Source of the DNA: Octopus vulgaris
Taxonomy: Eukaryota
DNA: 64,000 nt
Assembly (NCBI GenBank): GCA_951406725.2
Contig: OX597821.1
Location: 97,960,001 to 98,024,000, forward strand
Direction: 5' to 3'
Part shown: positions 1 through 15,985 of the stretch, piece by piece
Numbering within the stretch: the stretch's first letter is position 1
How the letters are laid out: each line of letters begins with the position of its first letter
Translations under genes and position numbers: made by a program
The notes under the pieces: model-generated
What the model was told of the DNA's origin: nothing
Seen by the model: the letters and a program-made list of their open reading frames with translations, nothing else
The model's database searches: none

Positions 1-280
1 TATGAAATATTTCAATTTGTTTTCACAGAACTGATTTATTCAATAATACATATGATCATAAAACTATACAATTCTTGTTCCCAAGTTGATGTTTTTTACT
101 GTATTTTTCACCTGATGTAATGAAGGTGATGGGTGGAGAACATTGGAAATTAGGTAAAACACTATAGGTCTAGTTTGGAACACTAAATACCCTGGCTGCT
201 ATACTCTAACTACAACAAACTCTAACATTTATTTTTTTACTTATGTAACAGATTCCATTCCTTAATCAGCATACTATACC

Positions 281-513
281 TATTTCTTTATTACCCACAA
301 GGGGCTAAACACAGTGGGGACAAACAAGGACAGACATAGGTATTAAGTCGATTACATCGACACCAGTGCATAACTGGTACTTAATTTATCGACCCCGAAA
401 GGATGAAAGGCAAAGTCGACCTCAGTGGAATTTGAACTCACAACGTAACAGCAGACGAAATACCATTAAGCATTTCGCCCGGCGTGCTAACGTTTCTGCT
501 AGCTCGCCGCCTT
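281..513 (-). mobile_element. tRNA-derived SINE, family B (Nin/Deu-like core)
   Basis: Minus strand reads GGCGGCGAGCTAGCAGAAACGTTAGC (A-box region), GAGTTCAAATTC (B box), then GTCGACTTTGCCTTTCATCCTTTCGGGGTCGATAAATTAAGTACCAG. 15-bp TSD TCAGCATACTATACC at 266-280 and 517-531. Confidence 0.9.
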
Positions 514-719
514 TCCTCAGCATACTATACCATCCCAGTGACAACCTCCACTACTAACTAGATCACATAGGTAACAGTTAAATAACCTCCTTCCTTTCAA
601 TATTTTAGTTACTATTGAATATCACTACCCAACCTCTAACAATAATTAGATGTCCAAGATAATAGAGACTTTCAATATGGCTAATAAATCAACAATAATT
701 TATAAAGCTTGTTTCATAG

Positions 720-3700
720 ATAATATCTTTCCAGTAAATTTATCGCATCAAAAACCTCACTGTATTTACTGCTATCTTCTCAAGTTGTGCTATCCCATTT
801 GAAGCATTAGTCTTCTGTAGATACTATCAAAAATTCCACTGTACCCACACATATGTACCCACATAAATCTATCCCAAATGAAGCCCTAATCTGAAGTTCT
901 GGTTCTCTTCCCATCTAACAGAGATGTCATGGCATATATTACTCTCTCCTATAGATCAATCACATTTGAGACTCTGCTCCTCTCTCAGTCTGCCAGAGAT
1001 AGCACTGTGTCTACCTATATCTTCTCCAATAAATCTATCACATCTGAAGCTGTAGTACTCTGATAGTTTGCCAAAGATTCCACTGCATCTAGTGTTGTCT
1101 ACTCCAACAAATCTATCACATCTCAAACCCTGTTACTCTGTCACTCAGCCAGAATTTCCACTGTACTCTCTGCTATTTTCTTGAAGAAATTTATCACATC
1201 TGAAGTTCTGGTTCTCTGGTAGTCTACCAGTGACTCCACTGTTATCTTGTATATGTAACACCTTTGACACCCTGGTTCTCTGTGAGTCTGCCTGTCATTC
1301 TACTCTGCCTATGCTATCTTATACTATATCTATTATATCTAAAGCTCTGGTCTTCTATGTGTCAGAAACTGCACTGTATCTTCTGCTATCTTCTCCAACA
1401 AATCTATTACATCTGAAGGCAGAGCATACTATTAGCTTTCCAAAGACTCTACTGTATCTGCTGCTGTCTTCTCTGATAAATCTATGCCATTTGAAGCACA
1501 AGTTCTCTGTCAGTTGGCTAAAGACTTCACTGTATCCACTGCTATTTTCTCCAAGAAATCTATCACATCAAAATTCTTGATACTCTGAAAGTCTGCCAGA
1601 GATTCCTCTGTACCTGCTGCTATTTTCTCCAATAAATCTCCATTGTATCCATTGCTGTCTTCTCCCATATCTATCACATCTGTGCCCTGGGTCTTAATCA
1701 ACTTAGAACTTCTATTGGGTCTACTGCTGTCTTTTCAAATAAAGATGATCCTCTGTAGAGTCTACCAGGGATTCTACAGTAACATTTATATGTCCTCTTA
1801 TGCAACTATCATATCTGAAGTCTTAAGTGTCTGTCTGTCAGAGACACTACTACACCTATTGTTATATTCATCCATATCTAATACACTTAAAGCTCTGGTA
1901 CTTTGACTTCTGCCAGAGATTCCACCTTATCTGCTGCTATCTTCTCCAAAAAATCTATCATGTTTAATGCCCTTGTCCTCTGACAGGGTGACAGAAATTC
2001 CTCTGTACATACCATTATCTTTAATAGATCAATCACATCTGAAGCACTGCTACTCAGTCAGTCTGCCAGAGATTGTACTGTACCTATCAATATTTTCTCC
2101 AATATATCTATCCCATCTGAAGTCCTAGTACTCTGCTAATTTGCCAAATATTCAGCCGGAGCTAGTGCCATCTGCTCCAACAAATCTATCACATCTGAAG
2201 GCCTGATACTCGACCAGTCAGCCAGAGATTTCATTATATCCACTGCTACCACTTCTAAAGTCCTGGTTCCCTATCAGTCTTTTAGGGATTCCATTGTACT
2301 TACTACTATCTCCTCCATATCCATCACATCTGAAACCCTCATTCTCTGTCATTTTGCCAGAGATTCTACTGTACCCATTACTATATTCTCCTCTATGTAT
2401 CAAACCTCTGTCAGTCTGACAGAGATGTCAGCATACACAATGATATCTTCATCTATGCCTATCACATTTGAAGACCTTGTTCTTTCTCTTTCTGCCAAAA
2501 ATTCCACATTATCTACTGCTTTATTCTCCATTTAGTCTTTCATATCTGAAATCCTGGTTCTCTTTTTATTTGATAAATGATCTATTCCATCTGCAGTTAT
2601 CTTTTTACAATATATATAAAATGTCTGAAGCACTAGCGCTCTGTTTGTTTGCCTAAAATTTCTCAGTAGATTTTCTTCTCTTCTCTAATACATCTTTCGC
2701 TTTTGAAGCCCTTGTTTTCTGTCAGTTTGCCAAAGACACCATTACACTTTTGCTGTCTTCCCAAGTATAGTTATCACATTTCAATCCCTGATTCTCTGTC
2801 TGCTGGAGATTCCATTCTACTGTCTTCTCCCATATCCATCACATCTCAAGCTCTGATTACTCCTTCAATTTTCTAGAGACTCCACTATACCTACTGCTGT
2901 CTTCTCCCATGTCTATCACATCTGAAGTCCTGGCTCTTAGTTGTCTGCCAAGGATTCCACTATACCTGTAACTATATTCTCTAATAAATCTGTCACAGAA
3001 ATCTTGATTTCTGTTCATATGCAAAGATTCCACTGTATCTACAGCAGTTTTCTCCAAAAATCTGTGATTCTCTGATAGTCTAGCAAATATTCCACTCTAT
3101 CTATTGCTATCTTTTCCAATAAATCTTCACATCTGAAGTCCTAGTTCTCTGTTAGTTTGCCAAAGATTCCACTCTGTCAACTGCTGTCTTCTTCAATACA
3201 TCTTTCACATCTGAAGCCCATGTTCTCCTTCACTCTACCAAAGATACCACTAAACTTACCACTGTCTTCCTAAGAGCAGCTATCATATCTCAATCCCTTG
3301 TTCTCTTGCTTTCTGCCAGAGATTCTAATATATACACTGCTATCTTCTATATCTATTATGTGAAGGCCTGACTCTCTGTCAGCCTGCCAATCATTATATT
3401 GTATCTTCTACTATATGATGCAATACAGCTATCACATCTGAAGACTTATTTCCCTACCATTATGTCAAAGATTCTATCATACCTCCTACTATTTTCTGCA
3501 GTAAATATAACTCTGAAGCTCTGGTTCTTTGAGATTTCCAAAGATTCCGCAGCACTGACTGCTGTTGTCTCCAATAAATCCATCCCAGCAAAAGTCCTGG
3601 TTTTCTGTCAGTCAGGCAAACATTTCACCCTATCTCCTGCTGTGTTCTTCAATATATCTATTACACCTGAAGAGTTGGTTCTCTCACTCTACCAGAGATT

Positions 3701-4230
3701 TGATTGTGTCTACTTCTTTATTCTCCAGTAAATCAATCATATTTGAAGCTCTGGTATTCCATCAATGTATCTATTTCTATTGTTTCCAATACATCTATCA
3801 ATCTCAATACCTGTTTCTCTCTCAATTTGCCTGAGATTTCACTATTTCTACTACTATCTTCTGCAATAGATCTATCATATTTGAAGCTCTGGTTCTCTGT
3901 TGGCCAGTCAGACATTCCACTGAACTAACAGCTGTCTACTCCAATATATCTATCATATCTGAAGACCTGGTTTTCTCTTAATCTGCCAGAGATTGCATTC
4001 TGTACACTGTTAGCTTCAATATCTATCACATCCAAAACCCAGGTTCTCTGTTAGTCTGTCAGTCATTCCATTGCACCTATAGCTACCTTCCATAAATCTA
4101 TCACATGTGAAGCCTTGGTTCTCTGCCAGTCTGCTAAAAATTCTACTGTATCTGTTGCTTTCTTCTCCAATAAATCTATCAAATCAGATGTTCTGGTTTT
4201 CCTTCAGTCTGACGGAGGTTCCACTGCACT
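720..4230. repeat. Degenerate tandem satellite, ~78-bp unit, roughly 45 copies
   Basis: Recurring unit close to CCAGAGATTCCACTGTATCTGCTGCTATCTTCTCCAATAAATCTATCACATCTGAAGCTCTGGTTCTCTGTCAGTCTG; GATTCCACTG-like anchors spaced 77-79 bp apart. Confidence 0.9.
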
Positions 4231-4714
4231 CATTGCTAACTTACTTGTTTCAGAAATTATGGCATATCTTACATGTTGGTAAGTTTATAGATTTGTTGTT
4301 GTTGTTGTTTTTAATTAGAGTTAAGAGATTGCTAGCAGTATGTGAGATTTTACATTTTTTGTTAAAGGTCATATTAAACAAGATAATTAAGTATTATCTA
4401 TGTTTGTTTCATTATGGCTTGTGCTTCGAAAAGTCTATGATTTTTTTTTTCTTTGAATACTCTGGCAGCATTTTTGAGGCTGTTTACTCTGAGTATATGT
4501 TAGACATTCTTATATTGTAAACTGAATTTTTTATTGTATTGGGAGGCTGTTGATGGTTTGCTATATAGTTGATATTTACTAGCCTTTAGGTTCAATGCTA
4601 TATATATAGGAAGTTAATTATATTTGTGTCATCTTGAAAACTAAGCACATAACAAGTAGCCCCTTTCCAAAGGATCAATTCAAATATCAAAAACAGCAAT
4701 TTCGGTTTCATATC

Positions 4715-5170
4715 AAGAGTCCAGAAGCTGGCTACCCGCATGGTTCTTGGTCTCAAGCATTTGTCTTATGAAGAAAGGCTGAAGACGCTCGACCTTTATT
4801 CTCTAGAAAAATGCCGCCACCGTGGTGATCTCATTCTTGCTCACAACATCATAAGCGGAAAGTGTAACCTCTCGAAAGAGATGTTCTTCACTCCTGCTCC
4901 AGAGCGTCGGCTGCGGGGTCACTCCGAAAAGCTCTATCTGCAACGATTTCATCTCAATCGAAGGAGAGGGGCTTTCTCCGTCCGGGTTGCGGATCCGTGG
5001 AATATGCTGCCGGACGAGATAGTGAAAATGCCGACGACCGCTCAGTTCAAAGTCTCTCTTGACCAGAAATGGCCTGAACTCTTTGCATGAACACCCTCCC
5101 TGTACATAACTCCATGTCCCTCTACATGGCCTTGCTTTTTTGCTTTTTGAGCCAAAAAATTAACTTAACA
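4715..5170 (+). mobile_element. CR1-clade LINE, 3' end of ORF2 plus 3' UTR (5'-truncated)
   Basis: ORF 4740-5090 contains LSYEERLKTLDLYSLEKCRHRGDLI, RLRGHSEKL and FSVRVADPWNMLP, typical CR1 ORF2 C-terminal motifs. Confidence 0.85.
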
Positions 5171-5865
5171 ACAACCAACTCATAAAAGCATTTCACAAAG
5201 GAATAACCAATCAAGTATTTCCAACCTTCAAATTCAAGACATTTTCATTCATTATTATTTTGCTCATACCAGTTCCACTCATTATTTGATTCATCAGGCA
5301 TTCCATGGTTTCACTGTTGCAACAGCTCTGCATCATCGACTTGTTTACAATTATTATATAATGTTAAAATGTTAACAAACTTAATAATGATTGACTATCA
5401 TCTGTTTTGTATGTACACACACATGTACGTACTATTAATTTGGCCTCTGTCCACAAGCTTATGTATTCTGCGTTTCATAACACACATGTCAGCATATTTT
5501 CATTTTGAGTTCTAACCAGTTCTGCCACTTTTCATACTATTTGATTCTGGGCTGAAACCCTATTCAATCAGAGCTTCCTTCTGTTAAATATTCTTAGATC
5601 CTGGTATTCATTGAGACTCATATACATTTTCTGTTACATTCAGATATAATTGTTGCTATGAATAAAACACATTTCGGAGGTAATACATGCATTTCTACAA
5701 TGAAAATTTAATTGTGGTGTCAGGTTTCTTTGGACAATCTTCTTTCTTAACCATCACAATCGACCCAACATCAAAAATTCAGTATATATATAACCACACA
5801 TACTTGCATGCACACATTATAACACAGATTTGTATCTTTGATATAGGATATTTGTGTTAGTATAT

Positions 5866-5908
<43 letters not shown>

Positions 5909-5911
<3 letters not shown>

Positions 5912-6121
5912 TCTCTTTTACTCTTTTACTTGTTTCAGTCATTTGACTGCGGCCATGCCGGAGCACTGCTTTTAGTCGAGCAAATCGACCCCAAGACTTA
6001 TTCTTTGTAAGCCCAGTACTTATTCTATCGGTCTCTTTTGCCGAACCGCTAAGTGACGGGGACATAAACACACCACCATCGGTTGTCAAGCAATGCTAGG
6101 GGGACAAACACAGACACACAA

Positions 6122-6154
<33 letters not shown>

Positions 6155-6316
6155 CGACAGGCTTCTTTCAGTTTCCATCTACCAAATCCACTCACAAGGC
6201 ATTGGTCGGCCCGGGGCTATAGCAGAAGACACTTGCCCAAGATGCCACGCTGTGGGACTGAACCCGGAACCATGTGGTTGGTTAGCAAGCTACTTACCAC
6301 ACAGCCACTCCTGCGC
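5909..6316 (-). mobile_element. tRNA-derived SINE, family A (CORE-like), next to (TA)n
   Basis: Minus strand: GGAGTGGCTGTGTGGTAA (A box), GGTTCAGTCCC (B box), CORE-like TGGCATCTTGGGCAAGTGTCTT, internal (TA)n, (GTAAAAGA)n tail. Many similar copies in the window. Confidence 0.9.
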
Positions 6317-6392
6317 CTTATATATATATAAGAAAAAGTAAATGGAGATCGGAAAGTTAATAATAATTTATTATTAACAGTAGATTAATCCT

Positions 6393-6482
6393 CATTCCTT
6401 ACAGCTGTTTCAATTAATATTCAGTAAATTTTAAGTAAATGATAAATTTATATGACCTGAGCATAATATCTTCAGAGGGAAA
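6393..6482 (-). ncRNA. Hammerhead-ribozyme-like motif (degenerate, Penelope-type)
   Basis: Minus strand: CCT-CTGAAGA-[long imperfect stem II]-GAAACAGCTGTA-AGG; palindromic CAGCTG in stem III. Confidence 0.45.
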
Positions 6483-6544
6483 GAAATATACCCTTGGATG
6501 TTTTGTATGTGTTTGTGGATTCATTATAGCAGACATATATATAT

Positions 6545-8590
6545 AAATGGAACCATCACCCCTACCAAAAAAAGAATATAGGACCTAACCCTAAGGTTGT
6601 AAGCCACCAGCAATACAATATCAGGAGTACCCTAACTTCAAACAGAGAAAGGAAAAATCACTACCCTCAGCATAGACATTGCAACCTCCTCCCCCCATAA
6701 GGAGTTACCAATGAAATCTTCGCTCCAACAATCTACTAAACAACCATGTACAACAAACCCATACCACACGCAATAATTACCAACAATGGCCCCCTAAAAC
6801 ACAACGTCCGAACATGGGATATCAGGACACACTTTTCAATACCATTCCAAGAGCCTTCACCATAAATCACAACACAGCACCCCGTAGCAATAAGGAACAA
6901 CAACATAACAGCTACTGTCCCAACCACCGCAATCATTTTTTAGACCCAATACGCAAACACAGAGACATGAGATAGCACCAAACAGACAGGAGGAACCAAA
7001 AGTGATAAAAATTATCAATCTAACTCACAAAGAACTAACAGCAAACCAAATCAATATGCTCTCCAAAAGGCTCAACTGTACACCCACCCCACAATGCCCC
7101 AACTACAACGAAATGAAAGAAGACATCACGGAATTCTGTAGAAAGTTACAATTTGCTGAGGAGCTATACAACAAATACAACAAGGACAATCGTTGGTCCG
7201 AAATAAAAGTAACTACACCTCCTCAAAAGATAAGAACAAAACTCTTGATCATTTCTGTGAATACATCTTGAATTACTCATATCAACATATGCACAAACAA
7301 AAACACAAACCAAACTTCAGCAAAAAAGAATAGGCTGAGATGAACAAATTAAAAGATGACAAAACACAACAATCAAAGAGGCTGATAAAGGGAGTGCAGT
7401 TGTCTTAATGGACACGGTATGCTATATAACTCTAGTACTATCCATATTAGAAGACACAACATATTATGAAAAAGTCCAACACCACAGTCAGCAGAAAATA
7501 ATGAGAGACCTAAAATCCATGTTAAACCTATACAGAGAAGGTCTCACCAACAAAGAATATGACTATATGACCAATTTCAAAAGTAAAACCAATCAATTCT
7601 ACGATATTCCCAAGATACACAAAAGTGAGAAAACAAGTAACACATGCAGGATAGCCACAGGCGTAATAATCAAAGTCCCTACTGGTAATGACCTCCAATT
7701 GAGACTTATAATAGCAGGTCCCACATGCAAAACCCAACACTTCAGAAACTTTTTAGATACCCTCTTAAAACCATTCCTCAAGTATGTCAAAAGCCACATA
7801 AGGAACAACCTGGATATGCTCAATCACCTTGCTGAAACAATAAACAAAAACACCCTACTAGTATCGTTCGATGTAGTCAACCTCTATTCCAATATCTCCC
7901 ACAACCTAGGAATAGAGGCAATTCAATTCTGGTTAGAGAATTATGCCAATGAACTCCCACATCGCATAAAAAAAGAATTTGTGATAGAAGGGCTAAAATT
8001 TATCTTGGAGAATAACTACTTCGTCTTCAAAACAACTTCTATCAACAAAAATCAGGGACTGCAATGGGTACGAGAATGGCCCCCTCCTTTGCTAACCTAG
8101 TCATGGGATATCTAGAAATTAGTCTTTATCATAAGGTTCTAGAAAAATACGGCAATCCATTCTCCCACTACATAGAAAATAACTGAAGAGATACCTGGAT
8201 GATTGTTTCATTCTTTGGCATGCAAGTATAGAGAGACTTAAAGAATTTCAAGCACTTATAAATGGACTGGACATAAACATTCAATTCATGATGGGATTCC
8301 TCGACATCTTCATTAAGAAATCTAACAACATAATAGAAACAGATATATACTATAAGCCTACGGACTCCAAGCAATATCTACCATTCAACTCATGCCACCC
8401 CAGACACACCAGAATGAATATCCCCTTCAACCTAGCGAAAAGGATATATACTATAGTTTCAAATGTAAGCAACAGGGGCACATGACTACATGAACTAAAG
8501 GATATACTCATCACCAGGAACTACCCAATTTCACTAATTGACATATGCTTTCAACATCCCCTAATTTGGGATGTCCATGAACTCAGACAA
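6545..8590 (+). mobile_element. Penelope-like retroelement, reverse transcriptase pseudo-ORF
   Basis: Across frameshifts and stops: IINLTHKELT, IKEADKGSAVVLMD, FDVVNLYSNI, GTAMGTRMAPSFANLVMG, RYLDDCF, FLDI, YYKPTDSKQYLPFNSCHPRH. Confidence 0.9.
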
Positions 8591-8644
8591 GCAAGCAAGC
8601 ATCTGTTTTCACATCAAAATGTCACCATACTGCCCAGTAGACAT

Positions 8645-9045
8645 ATGAGATGTGTTCAAAAGGTATCTGACTTTATTTTTTCCTGCCATAATTAATGCCA
8701 ACCTTCTTGTGCATTCATAAAAAATGTCATGCCAGTAAGCTGCATCAGTTCTCAGCCATTACTCCTAGAGTACAAATATGTACTCTAGAGTACAAATATG
8801 TTGTGCACAGTGGTTGGATTTTCATTTTCACTGAACACATTGAGCAGAGATTGCATCAAGTTTTGCCAAAAGCTTGGTGATACTCAAGCTCAAACAATCC
8901 AGATGATTCAGCAGGCCTTTGGTAATGATGCCATGGGAAAAACTCAGATAAAAGAGGTGATCCAGCCACTTCAAGAATAGCCACACCTCAGTAGATAGTG
9001 AGGTACACTCAGGCAGGCCATTAACAAGCCAAAACAAAAAGCTGA
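8645..9045 (+). mobile_element. Mariner transposon 5' fragment (left TIR and N-terminal HTH)
   Basis: Starts TA-TGAGATGTGTTCAAAAGGTATC (mariner-type TIR). Encodes CIKFCQKLGDTQAQTIQMIQQAFGNDAMGKTQIKE, then after a frameshift SVDSEVHSGRP. Confidence 0.8.
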
Positions 9046-9390
9046 TTTTCTTTCCTCCACCTCACTCTCTATTTGTATCACATCGAAACTAACTAGGACT
9101 TAATTTTCCCTCTCACACCGTCTCCAATGAATTGATATTATTAATTAATATCCTAGAAACAGCTGTAAGACCTTCTATCTATAAATGCTCAAATAGCTAT
9201 ATAGCCTTGTTTTTTTTATATCTTATTATGCAAAAAATTCTTATATACACACGCTGACATAGAACCAACGTTGAACCCTTTATTCGCAATATTACTGAAT
9301 CTGGAACTTAACTATTGTCTGTCTATAGCACTTATTCAGCATTACCTGACACCTTCGGGTCTCAATGACACCATTATCTCTTATAACCTA
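9046..9390 (+). mobile_element. Probable Penelope pseudo-LTR / 3' end with hammerhead-like motif at 9120-9171
   Basis: GTCT-CCAATGA-[GATATTA/TAATATC stem]-GAAACAGCTGTA-AGAC, downstream of the Penelope RT remnant and ending at (TA)n. Confidence 0.55.
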
Positions 9391-9424
<34 letters not shown>

Positions 9425-9427
<3 letters not shown>

Positions 9428-10065
9428 GAACTTTAGGTCTCACCAAGGAAATGACCAGTGACCGAGACCTTTGGAAGTATGCTGTGCGTGAGAAAACCCG
9501 GCAAGACCAGTGAGAACAGTCAAAATCAAAATCAAACCAAATTGAGGTCGATCAACATCAGGGCCCCCGTGCAGGTGACACATAAAAGCACCATCCATTC
9601 GTAGCCGTTTGCCAGCCCTGTCTGGCCCCCGTGTCGGTGGCACGTAAAAGCACCATCCGTTCATGTCCGTTGCCAGCCTCGCCTGGCCCCCGTGCCGGTG
9701 ACACGTAAAAGCACCATCCGTTCCGTGGCCGTTTGCCAGCTCTGTCTGGCCCCCGTGTTGGTGGCACATAAAAGCACCATCCGTTCGTGTCCGTTGCCAG
9801 CCTCGCCTGGCCCCGTGCCGGTGACACGTAAAAGCACCATCCGTTCGTGGCCGATTGCCAGCTCTGTCTGGCACCTGTGCGGGTGGCACGTAAAAAGCAC
9901 CCACTACACTCACGGAGTGGTCGGCGTTAGGAAGGGCATCCAGCCGTAGAAACACTGCCAGATCTGACTGGGCCTGATGAAGCCTTCCAATTTCACAGAC
10001 CCCAGTTGAACCGTCCAACCCATGCTAGCATGGAGAACGGACGCTAAATGATGATGATGATGATG
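9425..10065 (+). mobile_element. RTE LINE 3' end (last ORF codons, tandem ~61-bp 3' UTR modules, (GAT)n tail)
   Basis: Encodes RTLGLTKEMTSDRDLWKYAV. Six GGTGRCACRTAAAAGCACC modules. Tail CCAACCCATGCTAGCATGGAGAACGGACGCTAAATGATGATG. Confidence 0.9.
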
Positions 10066-10091
10066 ACATATACTTATCACACACACACACA

Positions 10092-10163
<72 letters not shown>

Positions 10164-10249
10164 CATATATATATATTACATCCACACCCACACACACACA
10201 TATACACAGTAATCTATGGGATAAAAATCATCATCATTAGGAGGCATAA

Positions 10250-10660
10250 TTAGGAAAAATTGGGTTTGATTAAGTCATAGAAATTCTCTGACAACCACTT
10301 CTGACTCTTTCCGGAAGTATGGCAAGAAGCTGAATCTTGCTGTCACACATATGGCTTTCCAGCGGCAACTCTCTCCTGCCAGGATGTGACTTCAGTCTCC
10401 AGTAGCTTCATATAGCTTAAGGCCCTATTCATCAATTGTTAGATGAATTCCAGTGTGGGATGCAGTGAGAATGTCCCTTCCTGCTCGTCACAGCTTCGTA
10501 GTCTCCATTGCAGCTGTCCATATCATGTCTTACAGCCTTTATATTGTTCACAGAGCATTGAACAGCAGCCATGCTACTGGTTGGCATTTTGATACCAGCA
10601 TTAATCATCCTGATACAGGTAACTCTTTCTCAATATTCAGATGGCATCCAGTCCTCCACG
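10250..10660 (-). mobile_element. Internally deleted Tc1/mariner-superfamily transposase remnant (maT/DD37D-like)
   Basis: Manual minus-strand translation: MPSEY*ERV...MAAVQCSVNNIKAVRHDMDSCNGDYEAVTSRKGHS joined to WQERVAAGKPYV*QQDSASCHTSGKSQKWLSENFYD (QQD.A..H second-Asp motif). Confidence 0.7.
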
Positions 10661-10811
10661 TCAGCAAACTTTTTCTCAGCTGCACCATTTAATCTTTATA
10701 TTCTCCAATACCATTGACTATTTGCCAATACATCAAGCTTTAGCTACAAAAAAAAAAAAAAAGATATGAAAGATCATGAAATTTAGCCCAAACCCCCTGT
10801 ATATGTATATA

Positions 10812-11387
10812 CACAGACGTCCAGGAAGTAAATAGACACCCTTAATTTTCAAAGTCTTTTGATATTAATTCGTTGAAGGAGAGGTTTTCTTCTAGCTACT
10901 CATCCATAATACCCAAGCTTATGCTGATATGTAACACACGTTCTTGGACTAACTTCTAGCTGTTTTGCAAAGTCAGAAGCCTTTGAATAGGGTTTGTTTT
11001 CCACAATTCTCTTCAAACAACAAAGCTTCCTTTCCAAGGGACCAGGTCGGCTGGGATGAGAATATGTTGTTTCTTTTCCTTGGCTTTTGAATTGCACTAT
11101 AATTCTATTAACAGTAGCAAGAGGAATTTGAAGATTTTCGGCAATTTTTCACTGGCTAAGACCAGCCTCAGATTGCCCAACAATACGACCTCTTTGAAAA
11201 TCTGACAGTTCTGCTGAATTTTTTGTGCATGGCATGGTTACTCTTCGCAAATGTTTAATATAATGGCACCTGGAATGAAAAAGAATAATTACATTGTAAA
11301 TTCTACACTGCTGAAAACATATTAAGACACTTAGATCAGAAGTTTTGAAAATTAAAGGTGTCTATTTACTTCCTGCATGCCTCTGTG
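10812..11387 (-). mobile_element. Non-autonomous Tc1-like element with both TIRs
   Basis: ~42-bp TIRs containing CAGGAAGTAAATAGACACCYTTAATTTTCAAA at 10812-10853 and 11344-11387; left TA flank. Minus strand encodes [37 protein letters not shown] (paired-like HTH); catalytic domain absent. Confidence 0.9.
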
Positions 11388-11574
11388 TGTGTGTGTATGT
11401 GTGTGTGTGTGTGTATATATATACACTCACACGCACATATACATATATATATATACATACATTGGCCTGCTCGCTTAGCCAGCAGGGTGGCGTCATTCGA
11501 AGGCTAAAACAATGCGAAAGCATTGTGACCAGCGATGTGTAGCAGCATCTGATGGTCTGGTAAGGAAAGGAAAT

Positions 11575-11594
11575 ATATACATACATATATACAT

Positions 11595-11681
<87 letters not shown>

Positions 11682-11697
11682 ATATATATATATTATA

Positions 11698-11749
<52 letters not shown>

Positions 11750-11792
11750 ATATATATATATTATAATTGTTTTGTTTTTTTTTTTTTTTTTT
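11575..11792. repeat. Compound microsatellite (TACA)n(CA)n(TA)n and poly-T
   Basis: Directly visible. Confidence 0.95.
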
Positions 11793-12323
11793 TCAGCTTC
11801 AGCTCAGAGCTGCGGCCATATATAATTGTTGGAACCTTCAAACTGAGACAGTCCCAGATAGAACTACAAGTTCCTGTGAGCCAATGAACTTTCCAGTACA
11901 CTTCAATAAAATGGTTACTCTATAAATGTATTGAGTTCTTTCTTTCATTGAAGTAGTTGACTTTGTACACTATATTAATTCTTCTTTTTTTATATATCTA
12001 TGAGAAATATTGTATTTAAAGAAATTCTGGTAAGCCAGAGGGAATCTCAAATAGATTTTCAGTACTATTGTCTTCATTATCATCATCAGCATCGCTTCAC
12101 CACCTCCATCATCAAGGCTATTGCTTATGACTGTTGTCACTGTCATCACTACCTTCATCATAATCATCATCATCATTATTGCCATCATCAACAATTCACA
12201 CAAGTTTCACTGAGAGTATTATTGTCATACACTGTCACAATGATCACCACAACTTCCATTATCATAATCATCATCGTCATCATCAAAGCCATAACAAGTG
12301 ATGAGGGAAAGTTAGATTCAATA

Positions 12324-12733
12324 GGTGTAGGAGTGGCTGTGTGGTAAATAGCTTGCTTACCAACCACATGGTTCCGGGTTCATTCCCACTGCATGGCACC
12401 TTGGGCAAGTGTCTTCTACAATAGCCTCAGGTTGACCAAAGCCTTGTGAGTGGATTTGGTAGATGGAAACTGGAAGAAGCCCGTCGTATATATGTATATA
12501 TGTGTGTATGTATGTATATGTTTGTGTGTCTGTGTTTGTTCCCCCACCATTGCTTGACAACCGATGGTGGTGTGTTTATGTCCCGTAACTTAGCAGTTCA
12601 GCAAAAGAGACTGATAGAATAAGTACTAGGCTTACAAGGAATAAGTCCTGGGGTCAATTTACTCAACTAGAATGCGGTGCTCCAGCATGGCCGCAGTCAA
12701 ATGACTGAAACAAGTAAAAGAGTAAAAGAGTAA
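12324..12733 (+). mobile_element. SINE family A (CORE-like)
   Basis: GGAGTGGCTGTGTGGTAA...GGCACCTTGGGCAAGTGTC...GACTGAAACAAGTAAAAGAGTAAAAGAG. Confidence 0.9.
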
Positions 12734-13129
12734 AGTGCAACAAAAGAGAAATGAAGAGACTATGAAAGAGAGTGTGACTGAGAGCTTAGGCAAGGAAACT
12801 GAGAGGTAAAGAGAGATTAATTGGCAGAGAGAGAGAGAGAGAGATAGACAGATAGACAGACAGTGTGACTGACAAGTAAAAGAGACTGACTGGTAGCTAA
12901 GAGAGAGAGTGTGATTGTTTAAGTGGTTTAAGGGAGGAAGATAATGGAGGGAGTGATGAAGGGGCAGAAAGAAAGAGTGGTAGTATATGGAGAGACAAAG
13001 AGAGGAAGGTAACGATAGTAAGACAGAGGTATAGAAACATAGATATTAAGAGAGATAGCGATTCAAAGTGTAAGAGTGTCAAAGATGGAGTGGGCGACAC
13101 ACAGACAGACAGACAACAAATAATTGTGT

Positions 13130-15985
<2,856 letters not shown>

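Noticed and set aside
720-4230. CRISPR-like array (regularly spaced palindromic motif)
   Set aside because: The intervening segments are homologous to each other, the repeats are degenerate, there are no cas genes and the context is eukaryotic. It is a satellite.
9555-9905. CRISPR-like repeat and the overlapping ORFs at 9440-10018
   Set aside because: Tandem modules of the RTE 3' UTR; the ORFs are incidental readings of GC-rich repeat sequence.
12324-12400. tRNA genes at SINE heads
   Set aside because: A and B boxes are present, but there is no convincing cloverleaf and the sequence continues into SINE core and tail.
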